Positions 1 through 7,998 are shown, counted from the first letter of the stretch. The stretch is DNA of 9,138 nucleotides from Zygophlyctis sp. KS116 (GCA_054661495.1 BAAFSQ010000354.1:1-9138); one strand, 5' to 3'. Notes: a model not told the origin generated them from the letters alone. Made by a program: numbers and translations.

Positions 1-114
1 TTGTTTAAATTATTGTATAAACAAGTACAGATGTAAATATGATCCATGACGTCAACAAATATTGAGTTATTTAAGATTTAATGATTTATTAAAGTGCAGA
101 AACTAAACAAATAG

Positions 115-1071
115 TTAATCATCAGTAAAATCGTGTGATGATGGATATTCTAGTGATGTATCATTTGTGGCTATAATCTTTTTCAAAACTTCAAGCCATG
201 CAGCACCGTATTTCTTTCTTTTGTTAACATCACTATATCGCTCATAATAAACTTCCAATATTCCTTTTACCCGATCAGTTGCATTTGGCAAAAAAGGATT
301 TTCTTCAATCGCATCCCAATCTGCATATAAATAAAACCAATCCCATTCACTATGTGCTGCTCGATCATCTTTTCTAATTTGTTTGTTTCTTTTCCTAGGA
401 TTTCTTGAGAGTGGCTCCGTCCGTCCAAAATCAATTACTGTATTTCCAACTATATTATAAGGTCTAAAATCATTATGTGCCATCTGAGTAGCATTACGAA
501 ATTCCCATAAAATTTTAAAGTATTTTTCTTTAAGATGAATTGGAATACGATCAGAAGGATATTCATTTTCCCCAATATTATCTTTAGCATAATCTAGCAG
601 TTCCTCATCAAAAGATTTTCCTTGAATCATTGTTTCTACAAGTATAAAATAATTTTGATCATAGTCCAACAACCTATTTAATTTCCCTAGTGCATAAATT
701 TCGTTATCATAGATTTCCTTTGAATCATCTGTTTCAAGAACTGCCTTTATAATCACTGTTGTCCCATTCTTATCTTTTGCAGTAAAAACCATTCCTTCCG
801 CCCCATCTCCAATCTTTTTAAGAATATGATATTCATTTTGTCCGATCTTTACATTCTTATCCCTTAATTTATATCGTTGTTCATATAAATGAAGATTTTT
901 CAATATATATTCATTCTCATTTTCTAGTAATTTTGAAACATAAGAACCATCCAAGTTTTTCGGTTCCTCAATTGGTAAAATCAGATCAAACTCATTTCTG
1001 AGTGAGCTATTAGAACTTGTAACTATAATATATAATAGAAAGAATGATATTTTTAACCTCCAACATCTCAT
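115..1071 (-). CDS. Intronless 318-aa protein-kinase-like protein with predicted N-terminal signal peptide (secreted atypical kinase candidate)
   Basis: Uninterrupted ORF. Basic then hydrophobic N-terminus (MRCWRLKISFFLLYIIVTSS). Gly-loop IGDGAEGMV, beta3 lysine VIIK, alphaC glutamate YDNEIYAL, catalytic loop HNDFRPYN and VIDFG. No recognisable APE motif or canonical C-lobe. Confidence 0.85.
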   Translation of the reverse strand: MRCWRLKISFFLLYIIVTSSNSSLRNEFDLILPIEEPKNLDGSYVSKLLENENEYILKNLHLYEQRYKLRDKNVKIGQNEYHILKKIGDGAEGMVFTAKDKNGTTVIIKAVLETDDSKEIYDNEIYALGKLNRLLDYDQNYFILVETMIQGKSFDEELLDYAKDNIGENEYPSDRIPIHLKEKYFKILWEFRNATQMAHNDFRPYNIVGNTVIDFGRTEPLSRNPRKRNKQIRKDDRAAHSEWDWFYLYADWDAIEENPFLPNATDRVKGILEVYYERYSDVNKRKKYGAAWLEVLKKIIATNDTSLEYPSSHDFTDD

Positions 1072-1159
1072 CTGACGGAAAATTCAACAATCTACGTCAT
1101 CCATCATCTACAGAGCAGTGAATTGCCACTCTGCAACTCTAGCGGCGCACTTTATGAAG

Positions 1160-1212
1160 CTATAAAAAACTAATAATAATAAAATTATAAATCTATAAAA
1201 AACTAATAATAA
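1160..1212. repeat. AT-rich direct repeat: 20-nt unit CTATAAAAAACTAATAATAA x2, period 33 nt
   Basis: Identical copies at 1160-1179 and 1193-1212, read directly from the sequence. Confidence 0.85.
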
Positions 1213-1244
1213 AGATTTATAATATTCCTTGTAAAAAAAGAAAG

Positions 1245-1640
1245 AACCCTAAAGCCTACAAAAATGCCGGTAAAGTTGCTGATTGAATCTTTATATTCAA
1301 CTCCAGCGTCAAAGCCTGCACAGATTAACTTTACCAGAGCGAATGATTCTCCTAGGATTTTCCTCCAGAAGACTCTCATTCCGCACGGACATTTTCATTT
1401 CTTCCCTGGAGGATTTAATTTTGGTTCCTTTTACTTAATAAAATTTAAAACTTTACTGATAATATCTTTAAAACAGTGATCCCTACAGTCATTGGAAGAG
1501 GTTCCTTTCCAATGTATTTTTGGAACTTGAGGTAGGATCGCAGTCGGAAACTAGCAACTGGAGACTGAAACCTTTTAAACGCTAAGTATAACTTGTCTAA
1601 TTTCATGTAACCTGGGCCTGAACTACTGAAACTTGGAACC
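1245..1640. ncRNA. Candidate structured RNA of unassigned family (alternative: small spliced minus-strand gene)
   Basis: GC-enriched intergenic island with several local, partly nested stems: 1269-1277/1327-1335 (9 bp), 1361-1368/1406-1413 (8 bp), 1490-1497/1507-1514 (8 bp), 1476-1486/1532-1541 and 1541-1545/1563-1567. No diagnostic match to a known RNA family. Confidence 0.3.
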
Positions 1641-1686
1641 TAACACAAAAAACAAATTCTGCTTAAACCCAAGACTACTCCTAAAA

Positions 1687-2703
1687 ATGGAGCGAAACGC
1701 TACAAAAGAACTCGAGGAGCTGATTATTAAAGATTCACATATTCTAGGCCGACCGCTGACGCTGCAAGAGATAGAATCTTTAAAAGAACAAGTAGAATTT
1801 TCAATAATACATCAGGGCCATGAAAATGAACATGCATTGGCTGGTTTATTCATTATTATTGTTTTAATAGCGTCTCATGTTGGGATAAATCATTGGAAGA
1901 AAAAATCGCCTTCTTCGTATCATTTAGCTACACTGTTGGGTCTATGGTGGATTCCTTTTTTGTTTGGTCTAAAAGCAGGAAATTATAGGTTTGTAGTCGT
2001 ACACTTGTTATTTTCTATTACAAATTCTATTATAGTCAAAATGGCTTGGCAAATTCCTCTAAGACCGGTATGTAGTATTTTACTGATTTTAGTCTACTCC
2101 AAAATGGGTTTATGCATGGTATTCTTGGGTTTATAGTATTTCAGTTGCAGTAGGAGCTTTGGGATATTTTCTTTTAATAATTGCAATATTTCATATTCCA
2201 GGACTTGTTACTGGTGCATCTATTGAAACTGAAGCACATATTTTTGAAATGGGTATTATAATTTTATTTTATGGATTGTATTTTGGGACTTTAGGAAGAG
2301 ATTTTGTTGATAGACTTTCTTCACATATGGCTACATCTATTGGATATTATTCTGCAACTGGATTTCCATCGCGTACTTTAAATACAGATGATTGTGCAAT
2401 TTGTGGAGAATCTACAAATGATACTATGAAAACTGTTTTAGATTGTTCACATTCCTTTCATCCAATTTGTATTAGAGGATGGACAGTCATTGGAAAAAAG
2501 GATATGTGTCCTTGTTGTAAGGAAAAGGTTGATTTGAATGCATTTAAAAAGAATCCATGGGGTAATTTCTTCTTTTTTTAATGATAGACACTGCACAAAT
2601 ATTTTATCTCTCATTTTTGGATGCATTAAGGTATTTACTAGTTTGGAATCCATTGATACTGTTTGCACTCCATTGGTTTTTTGTCATTATTGGTTTGAAA
2701 TAA
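1687..2703 (+). CDS. RNF121: RNF121/RNF175-family multi-pass membrane RING-H2 E3 ubiquitin ligase, 321 aa; exons 1687-2067, 2093-2561, 2588-2703
   Basis: Removing introns 2068-2092 (25 nt) and 2562-2587 (26 nt) joins the ORF fragments in frame. Family-typical motifs: HQGHE, TLLGLWWIP, TPKWVY, LFYGLYFGTLGRDF, the RING-H2 CAIC...CSHSFHPICIRGWTVIGKKDMCPCCKEKVDL, and C-terminal NPW...LDALRYLLVWNP. First ATG is at 1687; the track's start at 1633 is a TTG. Confidence 0.92.
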
Positions 2704-3018
2704 GATTTTATTATCTCGTAATTTACTTAAGTTATAGCTTTACTTTTTCTTAGAGCAATCCGCTCATACTATCCAGTGGAGAGCGTCAAGAGTTTTATTT
2801 TTAGAATTATAATTGAAGAAATCTATAAATATTATTTACTCTTAAGCGAATGCGTGTTATCCTTGATTAGATGAAATGTAAACTACTCGATCGACTCTTT
2901 AGACTCACCGATCAACTTGAAATCATGAATTAGTAATCAAAATCTAGCTATATACAACTTAAAGACTGTCAAAATAACTTGTAAATTTTTAAAAAACTTG
3001 CGGTAGTTGGAATTAAAA

Positions 3019-3279
3019 ATGAAAGGTTCTAGTGGACATGAATACAAAACAGGAGTCTTTACTCCTCCAGTTATTAAAGGACGGTGGATAGCTACTATAT
3101 TTGGAGCAACAGCATTCTTTTGGTCATTTTACAGAATTTATCATGACGGTGGACATCATTTCATGGGCCATCATCCCTGGGAAAACCCAAAAGTACTAGA
3201 ATATTTGGAAAAAGTAGATGAAAAGTATGGGACTAGATACTCTAAAGATAATATTCATTCTCATGGAGAGCATCACTGA
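3019..3279 (+). CDS. NDUFB2: NADH:ubiquinone oxidoreductase accessory subunit, NDUFB2 (AGGG)-like, 86 aa
   Basis: Small single-TM protein. ATIFGATAFFWSFYRIYHDG...GHHPWE resembles the fungal/plant NDUFB2 pattern (GAxxWFWxxYRxxxDG...HPW). ATG at 3019 follows an A-rich context. Confidence 0.72.
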   Translation: MKGSSGHEYKTGVFTPPVIKGRWIATIFGATAFFWSFYRIYHDGGHHFMGHHPWENPKVLEYLEKVDEKYGTRYSKDNIHSHGEHH

Positions 3280-3314
3280 TAAGAGAGAAGGTTTAAACGT
3301 TAAAATAATAAATA

Positions 3315-6143
3315 ATGGCTCGACAAGTTTTACCATTGGTTGCTAAACCGACTAGTTATAAATTAGAAATTAATCCTGATCCAGTCTCTCTAGAGTTTAG
3401 CGGAACTGTCGACATAGCGATCAAGACTCTAGCAAACACTAGAGAATTTTATTTGAATGTTAATGAGGTTCAAGTGTATAATGTACTGTTAAAGTTTAAC
3501 GGTCAAGAGTATTCTTTTAAATTTAAAATTATAGAATAAAGGCTGCAAAGACTAGTCTAAATGCTGATTTGGAAATGATTACGTTGGAGTTTCCAATGGA
3601 AATTCCCAGCGATTCGCTAGTGGTTTTAAAATGTGATTTTAAAGGGATTCATAATGATAAAATGGCTGGGTTTTATAGATCAGGCTATAAGGATGAGAAT
3701 GGTGTCAAGAAGTTTATGGTTGTTACGCAATTTGAAGCTACAGATGCTAGACGTTGTTTTCCTTGTTTTGATGAACCAAATTTAAAGGCTACTTTTCAGG
3801 TTATTATTAATGTGGATAGCGGTCTGTGTGCTCTCTCTAATATGCCAATAATCGCTGAAAAAGAGGTTATAATTGATCAAAAAACCAAAAAACAATTTGT
3901 TTTTGATACTACTCCTATAATGTCTACGTATCTTTTGGCAATGGCAGTTGGAGAATTTGATTTTATAGAGTCTAGAGCAATTCCAAAGTCTCCTGTTGGT
4001 TCAAAGCCAATTGATGTTAGGGTTTATACCCTTAAAGGACAATCAAAACAAGGGAAATTTGGGTTGGATGTTGCAGTCAAGACTTTGGAATTTTTCTCTT
4101 CTTACTTTGATATTGCTTATCCATTACCAAAAATGGATTTAATTGCAATTCCAGATTTTGCGGCTGGGGCAATGGAGAATTGGGGTTTAGTGACTTATCG
4201 GGAAATTTACCTGCTTTATGATGAAAATACTACAAGTTCTTCTGTAAAACAACGTATTGCATATGTTGTAGGACATGAATTGGCTCATCAGTGGTTTGGT
4301 AATTTAGTAACTATGGATTGGTGGTCTGAATTATGGTTAAATGAAGGATTTGCTACTTTTGTAGGTTGGATGGCTGTAGATAATCTGTTTCCAGAATGGA
4401 AAGTATGGACACAATTTGTTACAAATGATTATTCAAATGGATTAGCTCTTGATTGTCTAAGATCTTCTCATCGTAAATTTCTTAAACTAATTTTATTTAG
4501 CTATTGAAGTCGATGTTCAATCTCCTTCTGAAATTAATCAAATTTTTGATGCAATCTCATATTCTAAAGGAGCTTCTGTTATTAGAATGTTGAATTCATT
4601 TTTAGGTCAAGAGACTTTTATGAATGGAGTTAGACTGTATCTTAAGAAACACGCATATTCTAATGCAACAACACTTGATCTTTGGTCTTCACTCAAGGAA
4701 GCCTCAGGAATAAATGTCTCAACGCTAATGTTTACCTGGACTAGGAAAATGGGGTATCCAATGGTCACAGTGGTTAATGAGGAGTATGATTCTAGTCAGA
4801 AAACAATGACACTGACTTTGAGGCAACAGAGATATATTAAATCTGGTGATTTAACAGACGCTGAACAGAATGAAAGTCCAATTTGGTGGATTCCTATTGG
4901 TGTAGTTACCCATTTATCCCCAAAGACGCCTTCAGCTCTTATTTTGACTGAAAAAGAGGGCACAATTACTTTTGTAAGATATTTTTTTTCTAATTAGAAA
5001 AGCCTTATGACGATTCATCGAGTAATTCTTATTATAAGATGAATTATGGTTCGACTGGATTTTACAGGATAAATTTGAATGAAAGCCAATTGCACAAGCT
5101 TGGGCATGCCATCTCAAAAGATCTTTTGGCTTTTGAAACTACTGATAAAATAGGTGTTTTGGCTGATTCATTTGCTTTGGCAGTGGCCGGTTATGGAACC
5201 ACTCCTGGGGCTCTTGCGATTATTAAAGCATTCGAGAAGGAAAATGAATATAATGTTCTTGAAGAAATCGATAGTGCGCTGAGCGTTATATTATCTTCAT
5301 TTTATGTAGAAACTTCAGAAATTTCTAATGGAATTTTGGAGCTCCAGCGCCGAATTTTCGCTTCTAAAGTACGTGAATTAGGATATGATTATTCTTTAAA
5401 AGAAGATCATCTTAAATCTTTAAAGCGAACTTTGGTGATTCGATGTGCAGCTAATTCTGGAGACAAGGAGTAATTTAATCTTTATTGATATTCATAGAGT
5501 TATTCAAGAGTTGAAGTCACGATTTGAAAAGTTTTTGAAAGGAGATACCACTGCTCTTCATACCAATATTTTGGGAACTGCATGTAAAGCCGTTTTGAAA
5601 ACCTCTAGTGATCATTTTGCTGATTTTGATAGAATTTTGAACTTTTACAAATCAACCTCTTCTGTTGATCAAAAGCTTTCAGCACTTGCCTCTCTAGGCT
5701 CTGTTCAAAGCACTGAAATTCTACACCGTCTATTTGAGATGGTTTTAGACTCTGAAGTGGTCAAGCCTCAGGATATCATCTATCCCCTTGGCTCTGTTGG
5801 TCAAGTGGGTCCCCTTAAAGGACAAAAACTTGACATGTTATGGAATTGGATCATCCAAAACTGGGCTGAATTACACAAGAGATACAAGGCTTCCTTATCT
5901 CTCTTGGGAAGAGTTCTTCAATCTGCAATAGGACCAAGAATTGGATTAGAATTTGTAGAGACTGTAGAATCATGGGCTAGAGGAGATGATCTTGGCACAG
6001 CAGAAGAAAAAGCAGCTCGACAAGACCAGCTCAAGACTGCGCGTCGTCCACTAGACCAGAGTATTGAAAGTGTTAAAACTTATACAAAATGGGTATCTAG
6101 AGATAGAGAAATGATTGCTCAATGGGTAAAGTCAAATGTCTGA
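3315..6143 (+). CDS. APE2: M1-family zinc aminopeptidase (Ape2/Aap1, puromycin-sensitive aminopeptidase type), 905 aa; exons 3315-3508, 3535-4472, 4501-4973, 5003-5469, 5498-6143
   Basis: TQFEATDARRCFPCFDEP, GAMEN, HELAH followed by WLNEGFA (HExxH-x18-E) and FDAISYSKGASV (catalytic Tyr), then an ERAP1-C-like helical tail. Introns 3509-3534 (26 nt), 4473-4500 (28), 4974-5002 (29) and 5470-5497 (28) restore one frame. No signal peptide, so probably cytosolic. The gene symbol is a family-level assignment. Confidence 0.95.
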
Positions 6144-6200
6144 AATACATGATTTTTTAATCTTGTTCTATTCATCGTTTTCTTTTAAGTCCGAAATTTC

Positions 6201-6725
6201 CTATTGGTGTAAAACAATCACTGGACATGGTGAATAATGAGTTAAATGATCTGATGTACTACCAAGAATCAACCTATAAAGTCAGTACTTTAGCATTACC
6301 TTTTCACTGGATTCATTCCCCGATTTCCAACAACAATCATATCAATTTTAAAAGCATTGATAACAGATATGATCCCATCTCTAGAATCCCCAACCAAAGA
6401 AATTGCCTTGATTGCCAATTTCTTATGATTTGACTTGAGAAAATCTATTTCTGCATCCAAAATCTTTCTAGACTCTGCTTGAATATTTTTTTCCAATTGT
6501 AAAGAGTATTCAGCTTCAGATCGGACATTAATCAAGACGATCAAATCAGTTTCTACTCTGATTATATTCTCCAATGCTAAAATTACAATAGTTAAATATA
6601 CCCCATTGAACAGCATGATGTGAGTTTTGAGATCCATCAATCCCAATTCCTATTATTCTATAATCTAATGAATCATAAGGATCATCATGAACAATATCAT
6701 AATCCTCAAACTTGTCTAAACTCAT
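6201..6725 (-). CDS. Universal stress protein (UspA-like) unit C, 157 aa; exons 6725-6602, 6576-6300, 6273-6201 (possibly second domain of a B-C fusion)
   Basis: RIIGIGIDGSQNSHHAVQWA...GDSRDGI...GNRGMNPVKRLILGSTSDHLTHYSPCPVIVL. Introns 6577-6601 (25 nt) and 6274-6299 (26 nt). G-x2-G-x9-GS ATP-binding motif intact. Confidence 0.88.
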
Positions 6726-6731
6726 TATTAC

Positions 6732-6767
6732 CTAAAAAGACAAATCTTAGTCTTTATTTTCTCTTAC
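6732..6767 (-). other. Candidate 36-nt stop-containing intron that would fuse USP-B to USP-C in frame
   Basis: Minus-strand sequence GTAAGAGAAAATAAAGACTAAGATTTGTCTTTTTAG has a GTAAGA donor, CTAA branch-like motif, pyrimidine tract and TAG acceptor. It is phase 0 and in frame with the USP-C ATG. Confidence 0.5.
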
Positions 6768-7321
6768 AACAATCACTGGACAATTTGCATGATGAGTCAA
6801 ATGATCCGAAGTACTTCCAATCAATGCTCTAAAATTATTATTAATACGTATTACCTTTTAATAGCACCCATACCTCTAGAACCCACGACAAAAATATCAG
6901 CATGAACTTGATCAGCCTTTAAAATCAATTCTTCTCTAGGATCTCCAATGAGAGTAAAAGCCTTGATTGCAATTTTAGGATTACAAGATTTCAAGAAAGC
7001 AACGGCTTTTTTCAATATAGCGACTGATCTATTCTTTTCTTCTGCCTCTAATTGACCAACATACGCAGAATCCAAATTATCCATATAACCAGTCCCAAAA
7101 GAACTTACTAACAAGGCATCCGACTCACACGGACGCACATTCATTAAAACAACCAAATCAGTTTCAGGCTTTAGAATATTCTTGACAGCCCAGTCCAACG
7201 CATGTTGAGAGAAATCTGACCCGTCGACTCCGATGGCTACTGTTCTCTTTGCCGAATGATCCAAGTCTTCATGAACTAGTGTACTAGTATTTATCAATGG
7301 TTCAACTTTTGACGCATCCAT
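6747..7321 (-). CDS. Universal stress protein (UspA-like) unit B, 182 aa; exons 7321-6855, 6828-6747
   Basis: RTVAIGVDGSDFSQHALDWA...GDPREEL...GSRGMGAIKRALIGSTSDHLTHHANCPVIVVR. Intron 6829-6854 (26 nt). First ATG is at 7321; the track's start at 7345 is a GTG. Confidence 0.88.
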
Positions 7322-7404
7322 TGTCCGCTTTAGCACCCTGGACACTACCGGTGACTAGAAACCTCTCTCAATACTCTATGCTCAATTTCAAAAAAGATTA
7401 AGTT

Positions 7405-7958
7405 TTAATTCTTAAAAACTAGAACCGGACAATGTGCATGATGAGCTAAAAAGTCTGAAGTACTTCCAACCAATGTCCTTTAAATTTTAAAATTTTAGTA
7501 ATTACCGCTTTACGACTCCCATACCACGGCTTCCAATCACCATTAATTCCACTTTTAATTCCTTGATTTTTTTAGTGATTTCTTCTCTGGCATCTCCTTT
7601 AAGAGAAATCGCCTTTACACAGAAATTTCTAGATTTCAAGAATCCAATGGCCTGTTTTAAAACCTTGTGCGACTGGGCCTTGAAAGAATCTTCAAATTGT
7701 AGAGTTAAATGAGTAGAAAAATCTGCATCAGTATAACTATTACCAAACGGTCCTACTTCAGAATTAGGACGAGAATGCAATACAATGATTAGATCAGTTT
7801 GTTCTCTAAATACATTATTAGCAGCTATATTTTTAAAAATTGTATAATTTACCCCATTCTAATGCATCATGAGATCCCTGAGTATCGTCTATTGCAATCC
7901 CAACAATTCTATTCATAAGAGGATTATGGTCATCATGGATTATATCATCAAGAGTCAT
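7405..7958 (-). CDS. Universal stress protein (UspA-like) unit A, 165 aa; exons 7958-7853, 7824-7506, 7477-7405
   Basis: RIVGIAIDDTQGSHDALEWA...GDAREEI...GSRGMGVVKRTLVGSTSDFLAHHAHCPVLVFK. Introns 7825-7852 (28 nt) and 7478-7505 (28 nt). Confidence 0.9.
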
Positions 7959-7987
7959 TAGAGATAAGATCAAGAAAAATTTGTTTA

Positions 7988-7998
7988 TTGGCGCCAAA
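7988..7998 (-). promoter_or_regulatory. Palindromic E2F-type site (TTGGCGCCAA) about 30 nt upstream of the USP-A ATG
   Basis: Perfect 10-bp palindrome at 7988-7997. The minus strand reads TTTGGCGC, matching the TTTSSCGC E2F consensus, within an AT-rich spacer. Confidence 0.35.

Noticed and set aside
47-54. CRE palindrome TGACGTCA
   Set aside because: It lies downstream of the kinase gene and any target would be outside the window; a single 8-mer is not interpretable.
1110-1143. Helitron 3' end (hairpin plus CTAG)
   Set aside because: CTAG is followed by C rather than T, spacing is atypical, and no matching 5' end or Rep/helicase remnant is visible.
1203-1427. Selenoprotein reading (KK-UGA-KCPC) of the minus-strand micro-gene
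   Set aside because: Some early-diverging fungi use Sec, but I recognise no selenoprotein family here and found no convincing SECIS (AUGA core, helix II, apical AA) downstream.
1423-1438. TCCTTTTAC resembling U5 snRNA loop 1
   Set aside because: It deviates from the invariant GCCTTTTAC and the flanking stem is weak.
1264-1479. 71-aa plus-strand ORF from the track
   Set aside because: No recognisable family. The G/F-rich patch is too short to be informative and the 3' end runs through AT-rich intron-like sequence.
1524-1567. SRP helix 8-like CAG..GGAAAC..AGCA and TPP-riboswitch-like GAACTTGA
   Set aside because: Helix 8 spacing and pairing do not fit, and the TPP UGAGA element and P5 stem are missing.
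2447-2753. ORFs 2447-2668 (-) and 2538-2753 (+)
   Set aside because: Antisense or off-frame shadows of RNF121 exons 2-3.
4932-5117. 61-aa minus-strand ORF
   Set aside because: Antisense shadow of the aminopeptidase gene.
3315-6143. Fragmented aminopeptidase as a pseudogene, programmed frameshift or alternative genetic code
   Set aside because: Every break coincides with a GT-AG micro-intron whose removal restores conserved motifs under the standard code.
6227-6832. Plus-strand ORFs 6227-6433 and 6620-6832
   Set aside because: Antisense shadows of USP exons.
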